From a virus (taxonomy: Duplodnaviria; Caudoviricetes): DNA of 64,000 nt. Made by a program: the position numbers and the translations under genes. Below are positions 16,940 to 27,392 of the stretch, in pieces. The first letter of the stretch is position 1; each line of letters opens with the position of its first letter. The stretch covers positions 1 through 64,000 of IMG/VR virus record IMGVR_UViG_2510065065_000004. One strand, written 5' to 3'. The notes under the pieces are model-generated. The model did not search any database, had not been told where the DNA came from, and saw nothing but the letters and a program-made list of their open reading frames with translations.

Positions 16940-19477
16940 GTGATGAAGAATGATTCTATCACAATCCTAAAACACCCCGTAAATACCCTGGCCAAAACAT
17001 GGTGCGCTGATGGCACGGTGAAAGCCTACGACAACGCCAAGTTCTTTGAGGTGGAGCAACGACCGCTCAACAATAGTCGCGAGCTGTCTGCCCTGCTCAC
17101 GGAGCTGGAGCATAACCGGCACGCCTGTGTGATTCGTGGGGTGTATGTGGGCGATGCCAAAGCCGCTGCGCTTGATACAGAGTTCCAGAAAGGAAAAGCA
17201 CGGCGCATTGCCGAGTTGTACGAGGATATCCCGCATCACTGGATGCTCGTTGAGATCGATAACTTCGAGCCACTGCGCCTTGATCCGGTCACCGATCCGG
17301 TGGGGAGCATCAGCGAGTTCCTCCATGCACATCTCCCGTTCTGGTTCGCAGGTGCGGACTACCATTGGCAGTTATCCAGTAGCGCGGGGCGGGGCGAGTG
17401 CGCAGGGAAGCTAAAAGCCCATGTATGGTTCTGGCTACATACGCCGTACACCAGCGCACAGCTCAAAGCCTGGGCCACTGCCTGCGCTCCAGCCCTAGAC
17501 GCTTCTGTATTTAATACGGTGCAAATCCACTACACCGCCGCCCCTGTGTTTGAAGCCGGTGTGGCCGATCCGGTGCCAGTGCGCAGTGGCTTTGTGAAAG
17601 GCCTTCTTGAGGATTCTGTATTGCTGGAGATTGATGCAGCGATCCTGGAAAGCGCCAAGAGTGAAAGCAAACCCAGCCGCCAACACAAGCTCATGGCTGC
17701 GGCGGCTAACGACCCTGTGGCTGTGCGCCTTGAAGAACGCGGAATGATCTTATCGAGCGGTAAGGCCGGTGAACTCTTTATCGAATGCCCCTTGGCTACG
17801 CAGCATACGCAAGCCTCTAACCCTACAGCCACGGTGTATTACCCCGCACATACCGGAGGCTATGCTAATGGCGCGTTTGTGTGCCAGCACGCCCATTGCC
17901 GAGGGCTGCCACAAACGGCGTTTCTACACGAGATAGGAATCTATTCCGATGAGGAAATGCTAGCCATGTTCGAGGACCTCACGGACGGTCCTGCCACGCT
18001 CGCCGTTGAGCGGCACGACGTGCCCGAAGCGCTGTACCTGACCACTGACACAGCGAACGCAGTGCGGATTGCCAAGCACTACGGCAAACGGATCATGGTG
18101 TCTGCTGAGCGCTGGTTCGTCTGGGAAGGTACCCACTGGGCGCATGATACGGATGCGGCACGCCTGCTAACGTTAAAACTCTCCAAAATCATTCGTGGCG
18201 AAGTGGAGCAATGGCGCACCAAACGCGCCGACACAGAGAAGGAGAAAAACAAAAACGCAAAGATCGCCGCTGCGCTGGAGGCATGGGGCAAGAAGTCGGA
18301 AATGCGCAGCACTGTCGAGGCGGCGATGGCGCTGGCTAAATGCATGATCGCGGTGAAGCCCAAACAACTCGACACGGACCCCTGGCTATTGAACTGTGCC
18401 AATGGCACGGTGGACCTGCGCACGGGGAAACTCAAAGCGCACCGCCCCGAGGACTACATGACGCGGGTCGTTCCCGTTAACTACACGCCGGATGCCGCTG
18501 CACCTGTGTTTAGAAAGACACTGGAACGCATCACCTGCGAAGAGGGGCAGGCCCAGCAGCCACTCAGTGACTTCCTGCAACGCTGGTTCGGCTACTGTGC
18601 CACCGGCTCGGTGCGTGAGCACAAGCTCGCCGTGATGTACGGGATGGGTCGCAATGGGAAAAGCACGTTGCTGGACCTAATCTCGGGGATTCTTGGTGCT
18701 TACGCAAGCGCGGCAGCCCCTGGGTTGCTGATGGACGGCGGCCACGACCGGCACCCCGCCGAGATCGCTAAGCTTTTCGGGCAGCGCATGGTGACGGTGA
18801 ATGAAACCAGCGAAGGCGGCGTATTGCGTGAAGGCTTCGTCAAGCAGGCTACTGGCGGCGATACGCTCACTGCGCGCTACTTGTACGGCGATTTCTTCGA
18901 CTTCAAACCCACGCACAAGCTGCAACTGCTGACTAACCATAAGCCTGTCATCAAAGGGCAGGACGTGGGCATCTGGAGTCGCATCATGCTCATCCCGTTT
19001 AAAGCGCGCTTCGGCACCGCTGAAGAGGTAGAGGCGGGGATCGCCCAATACCCCATAGACCATAAGATCACTGAGAAGCTGGCCGCTGAGCGAGAAGGCG
19101 TCTTGGCGTGGGTTATCGCTGGTGCCGTGGAGTGGTATCGGGACGGGCTGAACCCTCCGGAGATTGTGCGGGACGCTTCCAAGGACTATCAGACGGAGCA
19201 GGATCGCATTGCCCAGTTCATTGCTGAGGAGTGCGTATTAGGGATGGAGCACGAGGAGAAACTAACCGCGCCAATGGGTGGCGGCTTGTACCCCGCCTAT
19301 ACGCAATGGTGTAAAGAAAGTGGTGTTTACGCGCTATCCAAAGTCCGTTTTCTTGGCGAATTGGAGCGGTGCGTGCCAAAATTCGGGAAGAAAGTAACAA
19401 AGGAAACGGTTGGGGCTGGGAAACGCCGAGAGTTTACGGTGATCCAAGGCATTGAATTAACGGCTGCCGACCTGTAA
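16940..19477 (+). CDS. P4/D5-family primase-helicase
   Basis: Zn motif C..H..C, LNCANGTVDL, Walker A GRNGKST, TGGD, TNHKP. Confidence 0.92.
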   Translation: MMKNDSITILKHPVNTLAKTWCADGTVKAYDNAKFFEVEQRPLNNSRELSALLTELEHNRHACVIRGVYVGDAKAAALDTEFQKGKARRIAELYEDIPHHWMLVEIDNFEPLRLDPVTDPVGSISEFLHAHLPFWFAGADYHWQLSSSAGRGECAGKLKAHVWFWLHTPYTSAQLKAWATACAPALDASVFNTVQIHYTAAPVFEAGVADPVPVRSGFVKGLLEDSVLLEIDAAILESAKSESKPSRQHKLMAAAANDPVAVRLEERGMILSSGKAGELFIECPLATQHTQASNPTATVYYPAHTGGYANGAFVCQHAHCRGLPQTAFLHEIGIYSDEEMLAMFEDLTDGPATLAVERHDVPEALYLTTDTANAVRIAKHYGKRIMVSAERWFVWEGTHWAHDTDAARLLTLKLSKIIRGEVEQWRTKRADTEKEKNKNAKIAAALEAWGKKSEMRSTVEAAMALAKCMIAVKPKQLDTDPWLLNCANGTVDLRTGKLKAHRPEDYMTRVVPVNYTPDAAAPVFRKTLERITCEEGQAQQPLSDFLQRWFGYCATGSVREHKLAVMYGMGRNGKSTLLDLISGILGAYASAAAPGLLMDGGHDRHPAEIAKLFGQRMVTVNETSEGGVLREGFVKQATGGDTLTARYLYGDFFDFKPTHKLQLLTNHKPVIKGQDVGIWSRIMLIPFKARFGTAEEVEAGIAQYPIDHKITEKLAAEREGVLAWVIAGAVEWYRDGLNPPEIVRDASKDYQTEQDRIAQFIAEECVLGMEHEEKLTAPMGGGLYPAYTQWCKESGVYALSKVRFLGELERCVPKFGKKVTKETVGAGKRREFTVIQGIELTAADL

Positions 19478-19490
19478 CGCTGACGTAGCG

Positions 19491-19533
19491 CCCCTCTGCA
19501 CCTCGCTAACATCTATTTGCGGGGTGCAGAGGG
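19491..19533 (+). terminator. Strong hairpin after primase
   Basis: CCCTCTGCACCTCGC...GCGGGGTGCAGAGGG; short U tail. Confidence 0.55.
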
Positions 19534-19599
19534 TTCTGGCGTGCGTGTCTGGCGGGGGTCACTGCGCTAAACCTAAGCGTTTCTACGTTTTAAGCTTTT

Positions 19600-19810
19600 T
19601 ACAGTGTCGGGTATGTCTGGTCGAAAACGGCATTTATTACCAGACAAAGCGTTTTTGACGGATTCGGCAACCTCCTCATCTGTCAGTTGTGTCTGCTAAG
19701 TAAGACCCTTTTTTACTATGTTCAGCCAACTAACTGTATAAAAAATATACAGCATATATAGAGAGAAGGGGGGAATAGGCTGATTAAGCAGACATACCTG
19801 ACACACGTAT
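19600..19810. other. Putative replication origin
   Basis: GTGTC(A/G)GGTATGTCTG-like iterons (two direct, one inverted) around an AT-rich core, directly after the primase. Confidence 0.5.
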
Positions 19811-19987
19811 TCACGCCCGTACATCCAGCCATTGCCACACAGACGGAAGAAAGCGCCTCCGTCTCGCTTAACAAGCTGACCCCCGCTCCCATCTAGTCCT
19901 CGAAAACGGCAACTCCGCGTGCGCCTATGTTGATAGTCCGTTTTCGTTTAGCGAAAATAGCTTTTAAATCAACAACTTGAGAATTTT

Positions 19988-20185
19988 ATGGGCGAATTGA
20001 CTGGAGTAAATGCTGATTTAGCCCAGCTTGTTCGGCTGGCGCTCGCCGAGCAGACGGAGGATGTGTATCTCTTCGCTGCGCGACTGGTCAGGAAGTACCG
20101 GGGGACTGAGCCGGAGTTGGCTGAGCGGGTGGCGCTGCTTCTTCGTGCCAACCCGCATCGGGCGGGGGCGCTGCTGCGCAGATGA
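19988..20185 (+). pseudogene. Probable N-terminal fragment of an AAA+ ATPase
   Basis: DLAQLVRLAL...DVYLFAARLVRKYR resembles N-termini of IetA-like ATPases; no Walker motifs follow. Confidence 0.35.
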
Positions 20186-20377
20186 ACGCGCCCGATGCTG
20201 TTCGGACGCGGCTCGAAGGACCATCAGACGGAGCAGGACCGCATTGCCCCGCCCGCACCGTACATCCAGCCACTGCCCCTCCGACGGAAGCAAGCGCCAC
20301 CGCATCACCCAATAATCTTCTTTACAATCAATGGGTTATACTAGTCCCCATGTTTTTTTGTGATGGGTGAGTGACCA

Positions 20378-20995
20378 ATGCAAACAACATGCTTTCTGCA
20401 ACGCTCCAATCCGCCTCGCTTGCTGGCGCGTTTGCCTTTGGGTGGGAAGCCCTCCGTTGCGAGATGTGGGGATGCGGTAGGGGTTGGGGTGAGGCCCGCC
20501 GTCGCTACCAGGTTGCCTGCCAGTGTGCAGGAGTTGGCGGATGTCATCGGACGGGAGCAATCGTTAACCCTGATTGGTCAGTTGCCGCGTACGTATCCCA
20601 AAGGCCGCCGCAGCGGCAAGGTGATTTTGTATGTCCCTAAGGTTTTGTCACCCCATCACCGATTGGTATCCATTCTGGGATGGGGGGATGCACAAAAGCT
20701 GGTGGATGTTTTCGGTGGGGAGCTTTTGCAGCCCGCCAATTGCAATTGCATTGCCCGCCATGCGCGGGATTGTGCTGTTGTGGGGCTTTTGCGTAGTGGT
20801 GTGCCCTTGGATGTCATTGCCGCGATATTTGGGATCAGTGTCAGGCACGTCAGGAATTTCGCTGGGGGTAGTCCCTGGCACCCGTCACGGAAAACCTGTC
20901 ACAGGACGTGCGCCGAGGAGACGCGCAGGATGAGCGGCAATGAATGTCTCCGGGACGTGTCATGCAGACCATTGGTGAAGAAGGCATTGCACTGA
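20378..20995 (+). CDS. Mor/C-like late transcription activator
   Basis: [13 protein letters not shown]...LYVPK and a C-terminal [15 protein letters not shown]; lies before the lysis cassette. Confidence 0.7.
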   Translation: MQTTCFLQRSNPPRLLARLPLGGKPSVARCGDAVGVGVRPAVATRLPASVQELADVIGREQSLTLIGQLPRTYPKGRRSGKVILYVPKVLSPHHRLVSILGWGDAQKLVDVFGGELLQPANCNCIARHARDCAVVGLLRSGVPLDVIAAIFGISVRHVRNFAGGSPWHPSRKTCHRTCAEETRRMSGNECLRDVSCRPLVKKALH

Positions 20996-21456
20996 TCAAA
21001 TTTTTTGAGGGTTGCAAGTTGAACCCGTACACCTGTCCTGGTGGAGTGTTGACGATTGGCTACGGCGAGACGGGCAAGCACGTTGTGCCTGATATGTGTC
21101 TTGCCAATGAGCAGGAAGCGGATGCGATGTTACGTGCACGCTTAGCCAAAGAGTTTGAACCGGCGGTGCGGCGTGATGTGCGTGTGCCACTGAAGCAACA
21201 GCAGTTTGATGCGTTGGTGTCGTTGAGCTTCAACATTGGTACGGGTGCGTTCCACCGCTCGACGCTGTTACGCAAGCTCAATGCCGGTGATGTGGCTGGT
21301 GCGGCGGAGCAGTTTCATGTGTGGAAATGGGCGGGGGGCAGTATCCAGTCGGGTTTAATCATCAGACGTGCCGCCGAACGTGCATTGTTTGAAGGCAGTG
21401 ACTGGCGTGCTGAAGAGAAGCAACGGCGTGCTGCTTTAAAGGGTCGCCGTGATTGA
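20962..21456 (+). CDS. Endolysin (GH24 lysozyme)
   Basis: FEG...[32 protein letters not shown]. Confidence 0.95.
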   Translation: MQTIGEEGIALIKFFEGCKLNPYTCPGGVLTIGYGETGKHVVPDMCLANEQEADAMLRARLAKEFEPAVRRDVRVPLKQQQFDALVSLSFNIGTGAFHRSTLLRKLNAGDVAGAAEQFHVWKWAGGSIQSGLIIRRAAERALFEGSDWRAEEKQRRAALKGRRD

Positions 21457-21778
21457 TCCCTCGAGCATGATGTCCTGGTGGAAAGAAGCGTTTTACACGT
21501 GCCTTGCGATGGTGGCAGGGATACTTGGCTACCTGATGCGTTCTCTAGACAACGGTGAGAAACCAACCTGGGCGCGTGTGCTGATCGAAGCCAGTGCGGC
21601 GGGGCTGGTGGGGCTGTTTGCGATGTGGGTGTGTGAGTCTCTGGAGTTAAGCCAGCAACTGACAGCCGTCACTGTGGGGGTGTTTGGTTGGCTTGGAGCC
21701 TCTGCCAGTTTAGACCTAATTCAAAGCTTCATAGTCCCCAAAGTGGGGGGTGGGAGAAGGAGTTCGGATGATCGTTAA
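21449..21778 (+). CDS. Holin
   Basis: 109 aa, three hydrophobic segments, charged C-terminus, adjacent to lysozyme. Confidence 0.85.
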   Translation: MIDPSSMMSWWKEAFYTCLAMVAGILGYLMRSLDNGEKPTWARVLIEASAAGLVGLFAMWVCESLELSQQLTAVTVGVFGWLGASASLDLIQSFIVPKVGGGRRSSDDR

Positions 21779-22229
21779 TACACTGCGTCGCGTCGCAACA
21801 CGTTTGCCCAGTGTGCGGCTGTTGATTGAGTACATGATGATTGGTGCGTTGGTGGCGTTGGTCGCGCATGCGGTGCTGGCGTGGTCCGAGCGCAGTCAAT
21901 TAGCGCAGCGGGCGGCGCAGCTGGAAGGCCAGTTAGCGGCGGTGGAAAGCACGTTGGATGCGCAGGTCGCGATCAACATGGAGCAAGACGCTGCAATTGG
22001 ACGGTTACGCACTTTACGGGAGATTGACAGCCGCGCGATGTCGGGTTTGCAGTCTGATCTGAATCGGATCACGTTGCGCGACCGGGCATTGCGGCAGCGC
22101 ATCACACATTTGGAGCAACACAGCGATGAGGCGAAAGCTTTTTTGGATATGGATGTGCCTGATGTGCTTGGGTGCTTGCTCGACGGCGGTTCCTGTCAAG
22201 CCAGTCACCCTCACGCAAAGCCGCGTTGA
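21768..22229 (+). CDS. i-spanin (Rz-like)
   Basis: N-terminal TM plus coiled coil. Confidence 0.8.
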   Translation: MIVNTLRRVATRLPSVRLLIEYMMIGALVALVAHAVLAWSERSQLAQRAAQLEGQLAAVESTLDAQVAINMEQDAAIGRLRTLREIDSRAMSGLQSDLNRITLRDRALRQRITHLEQHSDEAKAFLDMDVPDVLGCLLDGGSCQASHPHAKPR

Positions 22230-22443
22230 AGTCATCGCACCGCCGCAGGTGTTGTTGCAGCCGTGTGAGGCGCCGGAGTTGCCGCGTGTAGAGACCGTCC
22301 GCGATGTGTTGAACCAGACATTGGGATGGCGTTTTGCCTATGAACAGTGTGCGGCGCAAGTGCGCTGTGTTGCGGCATGGGTGCAGGCGGCACGGAGGGG
22401 GCAGCCGTGGTTCTCAGATGGCTGTGGTGAAGAGGCCGAATGA
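22126..22443 (+). CDS. o-spanin lipoprotein (Rz1-like)
   Basis: Lipobox LGAC, PP.LL.PC motif, overlaps Rz in another frame. Confidence 0.85.
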   Translation: MRRKLFWIWMCLMCLGACSTAVPVKPVTLTQSRVEVIAPPQVLLQPCEAPELPRVETVRDVLNQTLGWRFAYEQCAAQVRCVAAWVQAARRGQPWFSDGCGEEAE

Positions 22444-22518
22444 GGCCAGTTTTTTTAGTTTTTTCGTCTATTAAAAGAAGGGCGATGAAACGAAAAAAAC
22501 GCGAAGGTTTTATTTTTC

Positions 22519-22932
22519 ATGAAGAGATCGTTGATGGCAGAGACTGGAAGAAAATCACATGTGCCAACGGATAAGAATCGCCTGCTGGCGAAACAATTGA
22601 CGTCGTTTGGCATACCGCATGCGGAGATTGCTTTGTTGATGCAAATCAGTGCGCCGACGCTGCGCAAGCACTACCGCGTGGAGTTAGATACTGGGCATAT
22701 CCAAGCCAATGCAAAGGTGGCTAAAAGTTTGTTCCGGTTAGCCACGCATAGCACCAATCCGAATATTACAGCCATCATTTTTTGGCTGAGGACACGCGCT
22801 GGCTGGAAAGACACACAACGCGTTGAGGTGTCCGGGCGCGATGGGGAAGCGATTGAACAAAAGGTTGGATTGGCGTTAGTTGATGAAAAGCAAATCGCCG
22901 CCATCGTGCAGCGCCTTGAATCGGAGTACTGA
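22519..22932 (+). CDS. Terminase small subunit
   Basis: [24 protein letters not shown]. Confidence 0.85.
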   Translation: MKRSLMAETGRKSHVPTDKNRLLAKQLTSFGIPHAEIALLMQISAPTLRKHYRVELDTGHIQANAKVAKSLFRLATHSTNPNITAIIFWLRTRAGWKDTQRVEVSGRDGEAIEQKVGLALVDEKQIAAIVQRLESEY

Positions 22933-24433
22933 GCAGGCGCAAGAACAGGCGGTGATCAAGGCCCGGTGCGAAGCAGATCATTTGTTTTTCACACGGTACT
23001 TTTTCAAACAGCGTCAGCAACTGCGGTTTAGGGTGAATTGGCACCATCAAGTGATTGCTGGGGTGGTGGACGATGTGATTGCAGGGCGGCGGAAGGATGT
23101 GGTGATTAACGTGCCTCCTGGGTCGTCGAAAACGGAGCTTGTGGCGATTAATGTGATGGCGCGAGGGTTGGCGCTGAATCCGTATGCGCGGTTTTTGCAT
23201 ATTAGTTATTCGGATGATTTGGCGCTGCTGAATTCGGAGACGGCGCGGGAGATTGTGCAGTCCGATGAATATCGTGCGTTGTGGCCGTTGGAGATTGCTG
23301 ACGATGCCAAGTCAAAGAAGCGTTGGAATGTGGTGGTGGATGGCAAGAAAGCCGGTGGGGTGTATGCGGTGAGTCTGGGCGGACAGGTGACGGGCTTCCG
23401 TGCCGGACACATGGCCCCGGGATGGCAGGGGGCGATCATTATTGATGACCCGCTGAAGGTGGAAGATGCCTACAGCAAGATCGGACGCAGTAAGGCCAAC
23501 CGCAAGCTGGTATCCACGGTGAAGAGTCGTAAAGCCAGTCCGGACACGCCCATCATTGTGATCATGCAACGGTTGGCGCAGGACGATCCGACGGGGTTCA
23601 TCCAGTCTGGGGGATTTCCGGGCGCGTGGGAGTGTATTGAGATTCCTGCATTGATTGATGATGCCTACGTGTCCCGTTTGCCGGAGCACGTGCAAGGGCA
23701 GGTGGTGCGTGATGTGCAAGACCAGGATGGACGCTACAGCTACTGGCCGTACAAAGAACCGTTAGCCGAGTTGCTGGCGTTGGAAGCCACGGATCGTTAT
23801 GTGTTCAGCGGCCAATATCAGCAGCGGCCCAGTCCGCTGGGCGGTGGGATCATCAAAGGGGATCAATTTGGGCGCTATACGGTGCTGCCGCGCCTTCTTT
23901 CGCGCACGGTGTATGGCGATACGGCGCAGAAGACGGCTGAGCGCAATGATTACAGCGTCTTCCAGTTGTGGGGCTTGGGTGAGGACAAGCGTATTTATTT
24001 GTTGGACATGATTCGCGGCAAGTGGGAAGCGCCGGAACTGAAGCGGCGGGCGATTGATTTTTGGAATGCGCATCGGTCCTACGACCATAAGGTTTCATCG
24101 CCGATCCGGCAGATGAAGATTGAGGACAAATCTAGCGGCACGGGCTTAATTCAGGACATTGCCAGAGGTGGCTCCGGTCAGGGGCGGATTCCGGTGACTG
24201 GGATTGCACGGGTGACCGACAAGCTCACGCGGGTGATGGATGTGGTGTCCTACATTGAGGCGGGGTGGGTGGTGATTCCAGCGCAGGCGGGGTGGGTGAA
24301 GGATTTTGTGGCTGAGTGTGAAGCGTTCACCGCCGATGGCACGCACGCCCATGATGATCAGATTGATCCGATGGTGGATGCAATCAACGATTTGCTGGCC
24401 AATCCGTCCAGTGATTGGAGTCGCTGGGTGTGA
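22880..24433 (+). CDS. terL: Terminase large subunit
   Basis: [29 protein letters not shown]. Confidence 0.95.
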   Translation: MMKSKSPPSCSALNRSTEQAQEQAVIKARCEADHLFFTRYFFKQRQQLRFRVNWHHQVIAGVVDDVIAGRRKDVVINVPPGSSKTELVAINVMARGLALNPYARFLHISYSDDLALLNSETAREIVQSDEYRALWPLEIADDAKSKKRWNVVVDGKKAGGVYAVSLGGQVTGFRAGHMAPGWQGAIIIDDPLKVEDAYSKIGRSKANRKLVSTVKSRKASPDTPIIVIMQRLAQDDPTGFIQSGGFPGAWECIEIPALIDDAYVSRLPEHVQGQVVRDVQDQDGRYSYWPYKEPLAELLALEATDRYVFSGQYQQRPSPLGGGIIKGDQFGRYTVLPRLLSRTVYGDTAQKTAERNDYSVFQLWGLGEDKRIYLLDMIRGKWEAPELKRRAIDFWNAHRSYDHKVSSPIRQMKIEDKSSGTGLIQDIARGGSGQGRIPVTGIARVTDKLTRVMDVVSYIEAGWVVIPAQAGWVKDFVAECEAFTADGTHAHDDQIDPMVDAINDLLANPSSDWSRWV

Positions 24434-25809
24434 GTCAGCAGAACCGAAACAAGCGCGCTACGCGGGGGGCGGCACCTCAGCATGTCGTGGACACCTTGCA
24501 GAACCTGGTGGCCGGACTGGGCGATCAGCGCGACAAGATGAGCTATGGGCGGTACCTGCTGCCCCGGGTCATTGATCGTGTGGAACTGGAGGCGATGTAC
24601 CGGACCAATTGGCTGGCGCGCAAGATTGTGGATATTCCAGCGACCGACATGACGCGGGAATGGGTCACGTTGCAGACCTGCATGCAGGCCGATGCGCTGG
24701 AGCCGATGTATCGATTGGAACAGGCATTGAACGTGCGCGCCAAGGTGCGCGATGCCTTGGCCTGGGCCCGGTTGTACGGGGGGGCGGTGCTGTTTATCAA
24801 TGTGCATGGGCAAGACCCGTCCTTGCCGTTTGATCCGGCCTCGGTCATGCCGGGGACCCGGTTATCGCTGACGGTGTTGGATCGCTGGCGGGTGGCGCTG
24901 GGCAGTGGTCAGATGGACCAGGACCCCTTGAGTGAGACCTACGGGCAACCGCGCTGTTATCAGATTGCCGGATCGGTGGAGCGGGTGGATCGTTCCCGAA
25001 TGATTGCCTTCTCTGGCGCGGAACTGCCCTGGGAGGCATTCAGAGGCAACGGCTACTGGCATGACTCGGTATTGCAGGCCATGTACAACGCGCTGAGCCG
25101 CTATGACACCGCGACCCAGGGCACGGCGTCGATGTTTTTTGAGGCGGTGGTGGATGTGCTGCGGATCTCTGGACTCAGCGACACGCTCTCCTCCGACCAA
25201 GGGACGCAAGAGATACACAAGCGGTTTCAGTTAGCGGCCATGATGAAATCGTTCAATCGGATGCTGCTGCTGGATGCCAAGGATGAATACACCCAAAAAA
25301 CGAATCACTTTGCGGGTGTGAAGGAGGTGATTGAGCAATTCATGATGGATATTTCCGGGGCGGCGGATATTCCGGCGACGCGGTTGTTCGGTCAGTCCCC
25401 CAAAGGCATGAACGCCACCGGTGATAGTGATATTCGCAATTATTACGACCGCATCAAGGCGCAGCAGGAGGACGAGCTGCGGCCTGTGCTGAGGGTGTTG
25501 TACGCCGTGCTGTTTCGGGCCTCTGTGGGGGAGTGTCCGCAGGATTTAGAGATTCAGTTCAATTCGCTATGGCAGATGAGCGAGACAGAACGGGCAACCA
25601 TTGAGAAGCTACGCGCCGAGCGTGATCAGATGTACCTGGCGCATGGTGTGATCGGTCCAGACGTGCCCTGTGCGGAGCTGCTGGAACAAAAAACCTACTC
25701 AAAGCTCACCGAACGCGATGTGAGGCTGGCGGCGGAACTGTCTCAGGCGATGGAGGTTCCAGATGTGTTGCCAGTGGTAGAAACGACGGCACCCGCTTCC
25801 AATACATAG
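24430..25809 (+). CDS. Portal protein (DUF1073)
   Basis: Follows terL; [24 protein letters not shown]. Confidence 0.9.
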   Translation: MSQQNRNKRATRGAAPQHVVDTLQNLVAGLGDQRDKMSYGRYLLPRVIDRVELEAMYRTNWLARKIVDIPATDMTREWVTLQTCMQADALEPMYRLEQALNVRAKVRDALAWARLYGGAVLFINVHGQDPSLPFDPASVMPGTRLSLTVLDRWRVALGSGQMDQDPLSETYGQPRCYQIAGSVERVDRSRMIAFSGAELPWEAFRGNGYWHDSVLQAMYNALSRYDTATQGTASMFFEAVVDVLRISGLSDTLSSDQGTQEIHKRFQLAAMMKSFNRMLLLDAKDEYTQKTNHFAGVKEVIEQFMMDISGAADIPATRLFGQSPKGMNATGDSDIRNYYDRIKAQQEDELRPVLRVLYAVLFRASVGECPQDLEIQFNSLWQMSETERATIEKLRAERDQMYLAHGVIGPDVPCAELLEQKTYSKLTERDVRLAAELSQAMEVPDVLPVVETTAPASNT

Positions 25810-25857
25810 GCTGCGATTGGAATCATGCAGTGGTCAGATAAAAAACCGGCGAAGCAC

Positions 25858-26139
25858 TCACGCCGCTTTCAGCACGCGCATTTCCACATGCATGCCAGCC
25901 GCCGCAGCCATGTTGACCAGTGCATCCAAGCCGAACAGGTTGATTTTGCCGCGCATTAAATCTGACACGCGAGGCTGCGTGACACCGAACAGCGTAGCGG
26001 CTTGAGACTGACTCAGCGCAGCCGTTTCGATGTGTTGTTTCAGGGCCATCATGAGTGCGGAACGTAACTTCATGTTTTCGGCGGCTTCGGGAGTGTCCTC
26101 AATGGCATCCCACACACTTGTGAATCGCTCGTTGCTCAT
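25858..26139 (-). CDS. higA: HigA-like XRE antitoxin
   Basis: SVWDA N-terminus, HTH QSQAA..FGVTQPRVSDL; coupled after the toxin. Confidence 0.85.
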   Translation of the reverse strand: MSNERFTSVWDAIEDTPEAAENMKLRSALMMALKQHIETAALSQSQAATLFGVTQPRVSDLMRGKINLFGLDALVNMAAAAGMHVEMRVLKAA

Positions 26140-26474
26140 TGTCCTACCTCATTAAACAGATCACGGTAGCGTTTAGCCGCTACATCAAGATCGCCTTTGG
26201 CGGTTTTCTCAGTTTTCTTTTGGAAGCAATGCAACACATAGACAGCCTCGGGCAGCGTGGCGACGTAGATAACGCGGAAAGCGCCGTCTGCGTCACGGAT
26301 GCGAATCTCGCGGACTCCACGCCCTACCGTAGGCATGGGCTTCCAGTCGTCAGCGTCGCGTCCGTTTTGCACTTGGTTGAGCTGGTACCCGGCCTCACGT
26401 CTTACGCTCACTGGAAAAGTGCGTAAGTCGTCAAGAGCACTGCCTCTGAATTCAATCGGTTTGGGTCCTACCAT
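26136..26474 (-). CDS. higB: HigB/RelE-family (Gp49-like) toxin
   Basis: GVREIRI...FRVIY...VLHCFQKKT. Confidence 0.88.
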   Translation of the reverse strand: MVGPKPIEFRGSALDDLRTFPVSVRREAGYQLNQVQNGRDADDWKPMPTVGRGVREIRIRDADGAFRVIYVATLPEAVYVLHCFQKKTEKTAKGDLDVAAKRYRDLFNEVGQ

Positions 26475-26480
26475 GCGCCA

Positions 26481-26500
26481 TCATACAAAACTTTGTATGA
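26481..26500. promoter_or_regulatory. Palindromic operator of the higBA pair
   Basis: TCATACAAA-AC-TTTGTATGA just upstream of the toxin start. Confidence 0.7.
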
Positions 26501-26546
26501 GCGCAAGGACATCTTTGTCGGCCAACGGAATGGAGGTTCACTGAGG

Positions 26547-27392
26547 ATGTTGACATTACCGGACCTACTGCGCTTGCAGGGACGCCGGATCAAGCAGCGG
26601 CAGTTACGCCCGCCGCGCCCCAGCCGCCACGCTGAGGCCACATACAGGAATGAACTGCTGGCCTTGGTGCGGGTGCTGCACCAGGCGGTGCGCGAGGAGG
26701 TGCTGCCGGTGCTCCACGCATCGCCGCCCCACATGACACGTGATGCGCCTGACGGCAGCGCCCCACAGGGCTATCTGGCCTCCCAGTTCATGCAGGCCAT
26801 GGAAGCGGCCTTGCGGCGGGCGGCGTTACGCTGTGGTGGCTTACCTCAATGGGCTGAGCGGATGGCCGCCCAGCAGGTGCAACGTGTGGATCGTCAGGTC
26901 GTACAGACGATTGGGAGTACGGTGCGTAGCGCCTTCGGGATCGACATCACGTCATGGATGCTGGCCCAGGAGGTGCGCACGCAGATACACGCGGCCCGTG
27001 CTGTCAATGTCCAGTTGATCACCTCCATTCAGCGACAGTATTTCGACAAGATCGGTACCGCTGTGTTGCAAGGCGTCATGCAGGGCAAACGCGCCAGCGC
27101 ACTGGCCAAGGAGATGGAACAGATCACCGATGCCACGGCATCACGGGCGAAGTTTATTGCACGGGATCAGACATCAAAAATGAATGCGGCGTTGAATGAA
27201 ATCCGGCAAGTGGGGTTGGGCATAACGACCTACACCTGGCAGACCAGCGGGGATGAACGGGTCCGTGAGGATCATGCCGCCCATGATGGGAACGTGTTCC
27301 GCTGGAGCGATCCCCCCGCGACGGGGCATCCGGGACAGGACTACAACTGCCGCTGTGTGGCGATTCCGAATGTGACGCTGGAAGGCCCTTGA
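26547..27392 (+). CDS. Minor head protein (Mu gpF/SPP1 gp7 family)
   Basis: IARDQT, DERVREDH, HPGQDYNCRC. Confidence 0.9.
   Translation: MLTLPDLLRLQGRRIKQRQLRPPRPSRHAEATYRNELLALVRVLHQAVREEVLPVLHASPPHMTRDAPDGSAPQGYLASQFMQAMEAALRRAALRCGGLPQWAERMAAQQVQRVDRQVVQTIGSTVRSAFGIDITSWMLAQEVRTQIHAARAVNVQLITSIQRQYFDKIGTAVLQGVMQGKRASALAKEMEQITDATASRAKFIARDQTSKMNAALNEIRQVGLGITTYTWQTSGDERVREDHAAHDGNVFRWSDPPATGHPGQDYNCRCVAIPNVTLEGP

Noticed and set aside
24430-25809. Anti-CBASS (Acb1) label sometimes attached to this family
   Set aside because: Size, motifs and position between terL and the minor head gene indicate the portal
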